Origin: Podarcis muralis
Taxonomy: Eukaryota
DNA length: 64,000 nucleotides
Assembly (NCBI RefSeq): GCF_964188315.1
Contig: NC_135659.1
Coordinates: 59,458,001 to 59,522,000, forward strand
Direction: 5' to 3'
Shown here piece by piece: positions 25,276-36,769 of this stretch (positions within the stretch are counted from its first letter, which is position 1; every line of letters starts with the position of its first letter). The position numbers and the translations under genes are program-made. Under the pieces are notes generated by a model, which saw nothing but the letters and a program-made list of their open reading frames with translations, did no database searches and was not told the origin of the DNA.

Positions 25276-26901
25276 AAGACGATGATGATGATTTTTTAAA
25301 CTCTAGATATCTAGATCTCTTCAAGCATTTGAAGAATTTTGATGCAAAGGTTTTCTGGGGTTGACCAAATGCAAAGAAGGATCTATTTTATGGTTATTTC
25401 ATTTATGGGCCATCTTTCCTCCAAGGAGGTTGAGACTGCTCAACACACTTCTTCCACCTCCCACCCTTTTATTTTATCACAGCAACCCTACAAGGTAGGT
25501 TGGGCTGAGAGTTGGTGACTGGTCCAGAGTCCCCTAGTAACTTTCATAACCAAATGAGGAATTTGAACCCAGATCTCACCAGTCCTGTTCTGAAGCAGTG
25601 CACAATGCCACACTAGCTCTCATTCCCAAAGTACAGGATGTTGCTCCTTGTTCCCTGAAAGGTTCCGCAGAATAATTTCAGCAGGTGCAACTTACCACGC
25701 AAAGGTGAAAAGAAGCTGAAGATGCTCTGCACCATTTTCTGGTTGCTTGGCAGGGCCTCTCTGTCTTTATTATCCAGCAGCTTGAAACAACATTTTATCA
25801 GCACCTTTGCACTCATAGGATGTAAGGGCTGCATGGCGATATGTTTGCTCTGTTACTCTACTAAGGTGTTTGCTCATAGAGTAGCTTCTCTCCTCCTCAC
25901 CCGCAGCCCAGTCTGTAATCTGATGCTCTGATGCTGCCACTGCCAGGGATCAGGGTAGTCAGGCCCTGTGTACTTAGCACACATGCTTAGATTCCTAATT
26001 CATTCTTGGCTGATCAAAAGAAACAAGTAAATATCCAGCTGCCATCCAGTACTTTCCAAGAGGCCAACAGGGCAAACAGAAAGCTATGGAGAAATCCCAT
26101 AGTGATTAGCTAGCTGGGGAGAGAGGCTCTAAATCTTACTGTCTCCATCCAAATCCAGCTGTTAGGAAGTTACCAAGAACCAAAACATGATAAGCAAACA
26201 AAGTCACTTAAGAGTTGCATGTATGTAGGTAAGAGAGAATTTTCTCCAGATCCAACTTTTCGTATCACAGTGCTTCATTGAGGGGAAAAACCACATGTGC
26301 TGGTGGATTCTTCCCCAAGTTTTTAGAAATCCCGGGTCCTGTGCTTTTAAAATAGACTTGATCTGCCAACATTAGCAAGTTGTAATGCTTATCTGTGCAC
26401 TGTGAAAAATTTCATCTGCTGACTTCTGCCCGACAAATTGCTGTTAAAAACCTAAGCAGGCCACAACAGGTTTTTCTTCTTCCAACCAGACAGCTGAGGG
26501 TCCTGTTCACAGTGTTTGCTGGGATGGGTCCCTGGGACAATTTGCCACCTTTGATCTCAACCATTTTACCTCTAACAGCTTCATGGCAGGCAGAAATCCA
26601 GAAGGCGCAACCTGATGCCATGGGATAGTGATGATGTTCTGGCAAAGGCATCATGTGTTGAATTTCCATCTTAAGTTTATCATAATGCCTCTGTACTGGG
26701 TCGGGTTGGGGAAAGAACCCCTTATTGTTCGACTTCTTCTCCAGCAGAGTCTGACTGTCCTGCTGCACCTCCTTGCCTAAAGTCCCCTGTCCCACCCACT
26801 TTGGGAAACAAGACTTCAAATTCTGCCTCACTGCAGATGGTGAGGGAAGTGGACCACGGCTATGAGTGGAGCAACAGGGAAGGTATTCCGTGACTCTACT
26901 G

Positions 26902-27225
26902 CATGGGTAGGCAAACTAAGGCCCGGGGGCCGGATCCAGCCCAATCGCCTTCTAAATCCAGCCCGCGGACGGTCAGGGAATCAGTGTGTTTTTACATGAG
27001 TAGAATGTGTCCTTTTTTTAAAAAATGCACCTCTGGGTAATTTGTGGGGCCTGCCTGGTGTTTTTACATGAGTAGAATGTGTGCTTTTATTTTAAATGCA
27101 TCTCTGGGTTATTTGTGGGACATAGGAATTCATTCAAATACTTTTTTTCAAAATATAGTCCAGCCTCCCACGAGGTCTGAGGGACAGTGGGCTGGCTCCT
27201 TGCTGAAAAAGTTTGCTGACCCCTG
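26902..27225. mobile_element. hAT MITE with internal tandem duplication
   Basis: 8-bp TSD CTCTACTG (26894-26901, 27226-27233); gtgtttttacatgagtagaatgtgt...ctctggg occurs twice internally. Confidence 0.9.
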
Positions 27226-29859
27226 CTCTACTGCTTAGTGGGAGCTCCCCCCCCCCCTAGTTTGCGAAATGGGCTTGCCTTTCTAGGCTAAAAACAGTAC
27301 CCTGAAAGGGGATAGGAAGGCTTAAAACCTTTTTTTTTAATTATTATTCTCTGCATAGTTACTTGAGAATAAGACCTACTGTGTCCCACAGGATGGCTGC
27401 CAGAACCTTAGGGCGCTTTTGGTACAATCTAGCCAGTGATAGGTCCACTGATTTTGATGATATAGTTAAGCATGTGCTTAAATTTCTCCCAATGAAACAA
27501 AGGGTTCATCCACACTTTCACTTGAAGTGTATTTTGATCATACTATATTGGGTACAGATTTGTTCCCCCGCCTCCACCCAAGAACTTGTGGATATCCACT
27601 CTTCTGTTCTGTGCTGAGTCAGATCTCATCAGATGTGTGAAAAATCCAGAGAGATTTTGCCTAACCAAGCTTCAATTCAATGGGTCAGAGCAGATTTTCA
27701 CAAGGCATGGTCATGAAAGAATGAAAAAAGCTCTCAGACCTGGGGGAATTAATTAGCACACAATACAATCAAAATATGGCTCAAGCAAAAGTGTGGATGA
27801 GTCTTTAAATGACATAAAAAGTGCTTAATAGCCAGATCATGCCATCTCTGTTTCTTATTTTATTTAAAAAGATTCAGCCAGCATCCTCAAAGAAAATACT
27901 CTGTGTCAATGCAAAAGTTGCCCTTTGAATCAAGTAAATACCTGAAAGACTCATCCCAGAAAAAGACTCCATTGTGTTGACTGCTATACAAGCGGACAGT
28001 CATTATTAGTAATAATAATAATAGCAGGTCCTGGCTCCAGGAAATTTCAGGGGGGGAATATCAAAGTCACAAAGGGACTTTTCAAAAGAAATGGGCCTCA
28101 TTGTTGGATACGGATAAATTTCTCCCTTCTAACATTAAAGAGGAGTGTGGATGACCAAGAAAGGAATGCAAACCTGTCCCTCCAAATGCCCTTATATTAC
28201 TTGCAGGAGAGCCTTTGAGGCTTCTGGTGGTGCCGTACTTTGAAGATTAGAGACAAAGTCAGGGAGGAGGCTATTTAAACACCTGCTTTATTTATACACA
28301 CAGCAGTTTTTTGGCAGAGGTCTTTCCCAGCAAGACTGTGTTAAGCATCCTAAAGGCAAAGATTCCCAAACTGTGGCCCACTGATCACCAGCAGTTGACG
28401 ATCTTCATTCAGGAGGTCCGTGGCTTGTCTGTGAAGGAAAGTTACCATCTGAATTCTATAAAATTCTGCAATAAGAAATCAAAGAAGCAATAAAATGCAA
28501 ATAAAAACCACATGGTATATAGAACAGCACTTTGCAATTGCTACAACAGGCAGAAGAAGAAAAATTGAATAGTCCACTAAGATCGTCAGCAGTTTTCAAG
28601 TGGTCTGGTGTGGGGACAGGTTTGGGATCTAGCAGAGGGTGCTCAGCATAGTCACACTGGATGCCTGCCTCAGAAGCATCATCTGTCAATCAAAGCTGCC
28701 TGTTAAGGAAAAAGCTGGCTCAAACTGTGCCTCTGATCACTCAACCTTACGCAATAGGACGCAAGGCCACCCACTCTTTGCTATCTTGTGATCCCTCGGA
28801 ACGCAGACTTCACACACCCAAGGCCTGAATGGAAACGGACATCATATGATGCCATTCTCATTCTGTGTGACCTGAACTTAGTCATCAGGAGAAGAATGGA
28901 CAAAGGAGTGTCTATGGAATGTGTGGGTCAGGGTGGCATATTCTGATTGCCAGGAGCATACATGCAATAAGCAAGGGGACTGCAAGTCTCTGATAGACTG
29001 AGAAAGTTTGATCAGTGCACACTTTGCAGATACGGTAGTTTACCAGCAAGTCAATACAGGCTGATGGATCAGCAAGGCTCCCCTGAGGCAGTGCTTATCA
29101 TAAGCCACCATGACCATCTTTAACTTAAAGGCAAAGTACCTCCTTGCCATTAGATTCTACTTTCAGTGTCAGAGGCTGTAGTGCTTTTGAATACCAGTTG
29201 CTTCTGAATACCACTTCCCACAGGAAGGGAGAGTGGTATTGCACTCAGCTCTTGTTTGGGGGCTCCCCGTAGGCATTTGGCTGACCACTTGAGGACAGGA
29301 TGCTAGACTAGAAGGGCCTTTGTCTCTTTATACAGGAGGGCTCGCCTTATGTTCTGAAGATATACATTTAAAAACACACAAAGCAGAGGCAAATTTAAGG
29401 CAGGGCGACCAGTTCCACTGCACTGGGCACCAAACCTAAGGAGCACTGCAGGGCACTGCAACTGTGATGTAGTGAACTGAGTAGGATGGAAAGTGAGAAG
29501 TAGGGGGAGCCAAATTTCGGCCTCACACAGGACACCACTGGAATTTGAAAAACCAAAGTCTACCCCTGTACAGAGGACCAGTTCCAAGTTTTGGGGGCCA
29601 TGTAGCAAATTAGGGAAGATGGTCCCTTATCTTTCTAGAAGTGTCGGGTAACTTTCTTGGAGCAACTTTCTTGTTTTCAATTTCTTTTTGCTTTTAACTA
29701 GTTTTTAACATATTTTGCTGTCATTGTTTGGTTTCATGTTTTTATATTGTTGTAAACCACTGTGATTTTTTTTTAATGCAACAATATATAAATATTTAAA
29801 TCAATCAAAGTCCTGGACAGTGATGGACAGAAAATGAAATGGGTGGTGTGCAAAATGGA

Positions 29860-30135
29860 TGCCACATTTGCACCATGCATTTAAACACTTTAAACAGTTC
29901 TGGCTTCCCCTGAGGAATTCTGGGAGCTGTAGCTTGTTAAGGGTATTAGAGAGTAGTTAGAAGACTGCTCTTTTCCTCACAGAGCTACTATTACCACAGT
30001 TCCCCATGAAAAAGGCTTGATTGTTAAACTACCCCAAGAATTGTAAGGCCATCCTAACAGTTCTAGCAAACTATGGCTCCCATGATTCTTTGGGGGAAGC
30101 CATCACTGCTTGAAGTGGTGTGCTTTAAATGTATG
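29860..30135. mobile_element. Old palindromic MITE
   Basis: Ends catttaaacact... / ...gtgctttaaatg, with degenerate internal inverted symmetry. Confidence 0.55.
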
Positions 30136-31186
30136 TTGTAAATGTGGCCTAATATGCCTTCTCAATGGCCTGTGGTAGATAAAGGCAGGGCATATCAATA
30201 AGCAGAGTGAGGCAGGTGGATGATGGTGCAGGTCAGAGTGTGATGGTGAGGCATTGCAGGACATAGTTGGGCATCCCAAGCTAGCCTCCTGCTGCCTGTG
30301 TGGTGGCAGATGCTGTCCTATCACCGTTTCAGAAGTATGATTCAGCGGCAAGTCCAGCAGCTTCCTCGCCTCAGGCAGCAAAATGTTTGGGGCTGCTCCC
30401 AGATGATAAAGCTGCCAATAGCTACTGGTCATGATGGCTGCATTGTTTCCAGGATCAGAGACAGGGTGCCTCTAAATACCAGTCTCTGGGGAACAACAGC
30501 AGTAGATGATTATTGTTGTCATCATGTACTTCTTGACGTCTTCTCAGAAGCATTTGACTGGCCACTGTAGGAAACAAGAGGCTGGACTAGATCTGGCAAG
30601 GCTCATCTAAGGCATAACCAGCTTGGAAAGAACACCAATATTTCTAGGTCACATCTGAATAGAGAACTTTTTTTTTTTCTTGTGTCTTTCAGAATATCTT
30701 CAAGGAAGTTTACAACAGGCAGGGCTTTTTCCAGGCAGAACTCAGTCCCAGCACTTCTCAGATGGTGGGGGACATTGCCATTCTCAGAGAACAAGGGAGG
30801 TGTTCATGGTGAGTTCTGGCACCTCCTTTTCTAGAAAAATGGTAAAAGGGTAAAATAAAAAATAGAAAAATACTGACAACAGGGAATGTTTGTCAGCCCA
30901 AGGGCCATGTGCCAGAGGTGCAAAGGTCGAGAGGCAAAAGTGGATGGAGCAACAAATGTTTTTGATAAGGAAGTTTTGAGGCAATTGGGAAGAGATCAGG
31001 CTAAAAGTTGACTTGAGGTATTTTGGAGTAAGTGGCAGCAGCAAGAGAAACATGGAGAATGAAAAAAGATATGTACAGAATCTCAGGTACAGGCTACCAG
31101 TCTTATAAGCAAAAGCTGGATTTCAGGTCAAAACAAAAAAAAATTCCTTCCAGTAGCACCTTAAAGACCAACTAAGTTAGTTCTTG

Positions 31187-31224
31187 GTATGAGCTTTCGT
31201 GTGCATGCACACTTCTTCAGATAC
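31187..31224 (-). ncRNA. Minimal type-I hammerhead ribozyme motif
   Basis: Minus strand reads GUAU-CUGAAGA-A-GUGUG(CAUG)CACAC-GAAAGCUC-AUAC: conserved core, stem II hairpin, palindromic AGCU stem III, 4-bp stem I. Confidence 0.75.
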
Positions 31225-31275
31225 ACATCTGAAGAAGTGTGCATGCACACGATCTGAAGAAGTGTGCATGCACAC

Positions 31276-31312
31276 TATCTGAAGAAGTGTGCATGCACAC
31301 GAAAGCTCATAC
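31276..31312 (+). ncRNA. Minimal type-I hammerhead ribozyme motif
   Basis: UAU-CUGAAGA-A-GUGUG(CAUG)CACAC-GAAAGCUC-AUA; predicted cleavage after C31308; stem I only 3 bp. Confidence 0.7.
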
Positions 31313-32286
31313 CAAGAACTAACTTAGTTGGTCTTTAAGGTGCTACTGGAAGGAATTTTTTTTGTTTTGACTATGGCAGACCAACACGGCTACCTATCTG
31401 TAACTGGATTTCAGGTGTCTTTCATAATATGCCCCCAGTTACCCGAGTGCTCCAGCAGCTGATGCCATTTCCCCTGGCACTTTGGCAGATGAAATTAAGA
31501 AGTTGCACTTCTACCCTGCCCTAACCAGTGCCCCCCTTTTTTGCTCTACTGTGCCACTGATTCTACCTTTCCACCAAATGGTGCTCAAAATGGAATCTAT
31601 TGACGCATAAAGTACAAACGTGGCCCATGTGTTGTGGGCGGAGCCATCCTCCCAACACCAGCATCACTGGAGCTTACCTGGGGATGTGCAGGGCAGTGGG
31701 GAGGTCAGGGCTGAGCAGAAGTAATCTGGCTCTCCCACTGAGGTGACCATGCAGCCCCAACCTTGCTACCACCATACCTTCACACTCCCACCCTCCAGGC
31801 AAGCTACAAGAATACTGGTGCCAGGAGGGCCCCACCTCATGGACCACTACTCAGGAAAGTAATATTTCCCAAAGTTTACCATTATTTCCCATGGAAATAT
31901 TCATCTTCAACTTTCAGGAAATATCGTGTCTCAACTGGAAGTTCTAGTATGTTAAATATAGTGAACTAGCAGGTGACTGATCTAATGGAAATATACTCAG
32001 CTAATCCGGCTCTACTGTTAGGCAGAGGGAGGCGACAGTCTCAGGCATCTGACTTTAGGTGTCATGAAAGGGCAAACCCTTAGTTACTACAGGCTGTAAC
32101 CCAACCCCCTGGCCAGCAGTGGTGGGGCTTGAGGGAGCAGTGTAGCCACTGCCACTTGCCTACAGCACCACCTTTTGAACCAGTCAGGGAGGAAGGGGGG
32201 ATGGAGCAAAACAATGCCTCTGTGCAGCACCAATTCCCAGCAAAGCAAGAGGCCAGGACCATGCCTATTGCTGTCATGTGGTGGCA

Positions 32287-32787
32287 GAATCATAGAACCA
32301 TAGAATTGTAGAGTTAGAGGGGACCACCAGGGTCCTTTAGTCCAACTCCTTGGAATGCAGGAACCTTCTATCCAATGTGAGGCTCTGTCACGGTCCGGTT
32401 TACAGGCGGTTGAAGTCCCGGCCGAGGACGTCAGGACTGGGGGCAAGACGGTGGGGTAGGAGCAGGAATGGAAGTCTGGAAGCCAAGGGTCCCAGGGTCA
32501 GAGAGCCGGGAGTCAAGGAGCCAAGGAGGAAGCGTGTTGCTGTGGCAAGGAGTCAAAGGCAAATGCTGACCTTATATCCCTTCCCAGCTCTTGCCGCCAG
32601 GTGCTGTGAGTTAGCAATCAGCCTCACCTGTGCGGCTGCACCTTGCTGCTCCAGAACAAACTTAGGAAAGCCCTGGTCCTGCGAAGCCCTACTGGTCACA
32701 GGGCCTGGCTCCTGCACGCACTCCTGACAGGCTCGAACCCATGATCCTCAGATGAAAAGTCTCCTACTCTATCAACTGAGCTATCCT
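32287..32787 (-). mobile_element. tRNA-Lys-derived SINE with CR1 tail, split by a solo LTR
   Basis: Minus strand ggatagctcagttgatagagtaggagacttttcatctgaggatcatgggttcgagcc|tcacattgg aligns by eye to tRNA-Lys(CTT); CR1-like tail at 32287-32360. Confidence 0.8.
32386..32729 (-). mobile_element. Solo LTR
   Basis: TGTCA...TGACA termini, 5-bp TSD GGCTC (32381-32385, 32730-32734); orientation inferred from a minus-strand TATA-like GATATAAGG. Confidence 0.88.
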
Positions 32788-33670
32788 CAGGTCTGCCCTC
32801 AACCTGCCCTCAAAAGGTGTCATGGTGGTTCACTGGCTTCTGTGGCGGTAACCCCCCTGTGGGGTGCCCCTTTCCAGCCAGTGGGGCTCCCCCATTGCTA
32901 GTAGAGCTCTTCTGCCAACAGAAGCTGGGTGGAAGGTCCCCTCCACCCCATCTAAACCTACTCCAGAATGGCAGACAAGGACTTTAAATTGCTCTGTTAA
33001 TGTAGCAGAAGGGGAGTGGAACATGTGGGATTTCCTGCCTGTCTCCAACTCCTGCTGGTTCTCCAGCTAAGGTGCCTTTAGGACAGAGGTGACTTGGCTA
33101 CTGTATTCCATGCACTGGTGACTTCTAGATTTCAAACTCACAAGGCCCATTTTAAAAATAGGCATGCATACAGAGCGTGCTGGGTGTGCCCAGGCACACC
33201 CTAATGTCTCAGGCAAAAGTGGCTTTGAGAGTCCCTGATCTTACTCAGCTGTAAAGCTCAGCACAAACTCCACCTTGGCACCAGACTGTTGCTCTGGGCA
33301 TTCCAATGAGCTCTGACCCTGAGTCAGTGGTCATGGTACCCACCACCATCTGAGCCATGAACACCGATGGTGCATATAGACTGAGGAGGAACTGGAGAGC
33401 TGTTCCTACCAGGGAGGTAGTACATTTTAGTTGACTTGTAGAAGCCCTATCACTCACCCCCTTTTGTAGAGAGATATCTGCATGTGTGTGAGAGAGAGAA
33501 GGCAGGGCAGCAATGATGATGATCTGTGGGGCCCTCAGGCCACACTAGTTAGGAGGATAATCAGGCAAGTAGCAGTTGTGCATTGTTTTTTAAGTAAATC
33601 CCTATCCCTATCAGGAGGACTCTCCCTAACCCCATGGTTATAATATACTTCAGGAGAAGAGTGGCCATCT

Positions 33671-34341
33671 AAAAAAAACGAAGATCATGGCCACTGGTCC
33701 CATCACCTCCTGGCAATTAGAAGGGGAAGAAATGGAGGCAGTGAGAGATTTTACTTTCTTGATCACTGCAGATGGTGACAGCAGCCACGAAATTAAAAGA
33801 TGCCTGCTTCTTGGGAGAAGGGCAATGACAGACCTAGACAGCATCTTGAGAAGTAGAGACGTCACCTTGCCAACAAAGGTCCATATAGTTAAAGCCATGG
33901 TTTTCCCAGTAGTGATGTATGGAAGTGAGAGCTGGACCATAAAGAAGGCTGATCGCCGAAGAATTGATGCTTTTGAATTATGGTGCTGGAGAAGACTCTT
34001 GAGAGTCCCATGGACTGCAAGAAGATCAAACGCATCCATTCTTAAGGAAATCAGCCCTGAGTGCTCACTGGAAGGACAGATCATGAAGCTGAGGCTCCAG
34101 TACTTTGGCCACCTCATGAGAAGAGAAGACTCCCTGGAGAAGACACTGATGCTGGGAAAGATGGAGGGCACAAGGAGAAGGGGGGCGACAGAGGACGAGA
34201 TGGTTGGATAGTGTTTTTGAGGTTACCAGCATGAGTTTGACCAAACTGCGGGAGGTAGTGGAGGACAGAGGTGCCTGGCGTGCTCTGGTCCATGGGGTCA
34301 CGAAGAGTCGGACACGACTAAATGACTAAACAACAACAACA
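33671..34341 (+). mobile_element. RTE-BovB LINE 3' fragment
   Basis: ORF 33687-34211 ...LPTKVHIVKAMVFPVVMYGSESWTIKKADRRRIDAFELWCWRRLLRVPWTARRSN... is BovB RT C-terminus; tail cgactaaatgactaaacaacaacaac. Confidence 0.96.
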
Positions 34342-35612
34342 AAAGAGGGAGAGGATAATAAGAAACTTAACATTTGTACAGTGCTTTCAAGTGTTCAAAG
34401 TGCTTCACGTGCATTTTCTAGCTGTACCTACAAGAGGTTATACAGATTCCATCCCTACTGAGTGCCTGGTGCCTGGTCAAGAGGCCTTTGCACCCTGAAT
34501 GCTTCTCTCTCTCTTGTCAGAATAAATCAGATGGCAACCCACCATTTATAACCCATAATTTAAGGATGTTCTGGGCTGGGGGGAGTGCTTTCAGTCTAAG
34601 AGTTTGTGGTGGTGCATAAGGAAAGATAGAAGGCTCTTGGGGTTATGACTCATGGGGTGGAAAAGAAGGAACTTGCCTTTTACTGGGTGAGGAAACCTCA
34701 TTCAGCTCAAGGGCATTATTCCCTCATGGATAACCTTCTAGAGACTCTGCATAGTAGTGGTGGGTGTGGCTAGAGGCAAGTGTGGGAGGAGCATGGGATG
34801 CAAATCTTTTCTTTGTTCAACAGCCCACATTCCAGTTATGTGGTCTATGCGCATGCACACACATCTATCCTGAAAAGGAAGAGGCATCACCATACTTCCA
34901 GCCAGGCAAAAGCACTCAAGGAAGGTGTGGCTGGTGCAGTTTGTGGAGAGGGGTGTGGCCTGAGAAAGAATCCAAAAAGCCACATAGATAGGCCCGGAAG
35001 GCTGCATTCGTTTCCCAAGCCCAAGTTCCCCAACACGCCATAGGATCTGCTGTGGTGATCTCTCTACAAGTGAGTTGGGTGGGGCTAGCTGCTCAGCAAG
35101 TGAGTTGACTGGATGGAGGGGCAAGGTGGAGGGGAGGTCAGCGTGGTGCAAATGCACCAGCAGGAGTACCAGATTGGCTCTGCTAGCGCAGTTTCACTGT
35201 GCCAGCCTCCCCACTGCCTTCCGCTCTTCCCATCTCCCTCCCAGTAAGCAACAGCGACCCACTTGCCTGGCAGCTATTATAGAGGTTCAACCTTAACCAT
35301 AAAGCCACTTCTGCTTTTTGCACAGAAGCAGTCCTAGGTAATGAGCCTAGGCAAGCAAGAATAATTACAGTGGTACCTTGGTTCCCAAACGGCTTAGTTG
35401 TTGAACAAATCAGCTCCCGAATGCTGCAAACCCAGAAGTGTTCTGATTTGTGAACGTTTTTCTGAAGCAGAGCGTCCAACATGGCTTCCGTAGCTTTCGA
35501 TTGAGTGCAGGAAGGTCCTGCAGCCGATCAGAAGGCGTGCCTTGGTCTTCAAACGGTTTCAGGAGTCAAACAGAGTCCCGGAATGGATTAAGTTCGAGAA
35601 CCAAGGTATCAC

Positions 35613-35743
35613 TTACAGATAGGTAGCCGTGTCGGTCTGCCATAGTCAAAACAAAAAAAATTCCTTCCAGTAGCACCTTAAAGACCAACTAAGTTAGTTC
35701 TTGGTATGAGCTTTCGTGTGCATGCACACTTCTTCAGATACAC
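35613..35743 (-). mobile_element. Short Penelope-like terminal fragment
   Basis: Nearly identical to the 31129-31403 element; CAAGGTATCAC duplicated at 35602-35612 and 35752-35762. Confidence 0.85.
35704..35741 (-). ncRNA. Minimal type-I hammerhead ribozyme motif
   Basis: Identical 38-nt motif to 31187-31224 (GUAUCUGAAGAAGUGUGCAUGCACACGAAAGCUCAUAC on minus strand). Confidence 0.75.
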
Positions 35744-36769
35744 TCTGAATACAAGGTATCACTGTAATTGTATCTGAATACAAGGTATCACTGTAATTGT
35801 ATCAGTCTGAGAGGGAAGAATGCAGGGACCTCCTTTGCTCCCCCCCCCCCCCATTAATAGAAAGGATAAAAGTTTCTGTAACTTTTGAAACATAGAATCA
35901 TTATTTAGAAGTGCAACCCAACTCAAATCTATTTGATTAGGATATTACATTTCTGTACTATTCAACGGTTTACAAATTTGTCTACAAAATGGAAACAAGA
36001 AACAGGTCTCTGCCTCCTACTCAGTCCTACTTAGATTAGGGCCATTAAAATTAATAGATATGAGCCAGTAAATGTCTATTAATTTCAATGGGTCTGTTCC
36101 AACTAGGACCCATGGATATCTGGCTGATAGGTGCTCTATGGCAATCGGGTCAAAGTCTAGACGTCGCAGGTGGCTGATCTCCTTTACGATGCATGAGTAG
36201 TTCTAAGAACCCCATCACTGTTTGCAAAGCCTTGCAGAAATAACAAAGTAGCTATGCACCTTTGTGTTATGTTCTTGCGATCATTATATAGATATTTTGT
36301 TTACTGGTTAAGTTGGTCTGGGAGAAAGGAACATGGTGGGCGGAAAGAAAGCAGCCGCAATCGAGAGATACTTTGTTCTAAAAGCTGCCTTTTCTTCCAA
36401 AGCAGCGGTGTTTAATAATTGCCTGCAGCAGCGTGCAATTAAAAAAAGGGGGGGAAAGCAAACCAGCCCGGCATCTCCGATTCTCCCCACTCATCCCTGG
36501 CACTCCATTGCTCCTGCTCAGTTTTATCTGTCTCCCTACATGCGGGGAGTGCGGGGGGGGGGGGGGCGGGTCCCGCAAGCAAAAACCCTCCAGCGATCTT
36601 CAGGGAGCCGCATCTCCCTTCCTCCCCCTTAAAAAGCTCCGAGGCGTCCGGGCTTCGCCTGCTCCACCTTAAGAGAGTCCCTCCTCCTTTGGAGAAGGGC
36701 GGGCGGGGGGCGCGAGTCTGGCCGGGCTAGGCAGTGGCGTTGCCATGACGAGCATTTTCTTAAGCTCGC

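Larger units (their letters stand above)
31129..31403. mobile_element. Short Penelope-like element insertion (inverted pseudo-LTR termini)
   Basis: ~95-bp inverted arms (31127-31223 vs 31276-31371), unique 3' end ...gaccaacacggctacctatctgtaa, 13-bp flanking duplication CTGGATTTCAGGT (31116-31128, 31404-31416). Confidence 0.85.
35368..35765. mobile_element. Tigger/pogo-like (Tc1-mariner) MITE whose right TIR is interrupted by a Penelope-like insertion
   Basis: TA-CAGTGGTACCTTGGTT left TIR; right TIR AACCAAGGTATCAC is broken at 35612 and completed (caaggtatcactgta) after the insert. Confidence 0.82.

Noticed and set aside
26412-26831. 139-aa minus-strand ORF preceded by an acceptor-like ccatctgcag
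   Set aside because: No recognisable homology and no matching donor; consistent with chance.
28456-28689. 77-aa minus-strand ORF and a strong acceptor at 28465
   Set aside because: The ORF's 3' part is the polypyrimidine tract itself; no homology recognised.
31227-31301. Three 25-nt palindromic direct repeats superficially like a CRISPR array
   Set aside because: No spacers (head-to-tail tandem), vertebrate DNA, no cas genes; explained as a hammerhead core triplication in a Penelope-like element.
32730-32787. tRNA-Lys-like sequence; likewise tRNA-like heads at 15361, 16760-16807, 17806, 45590 and 52610
   Set aside because: Degenerate, no complete cloverleaf, and each is joined to a SINE body and tail, so not tRNA genes.
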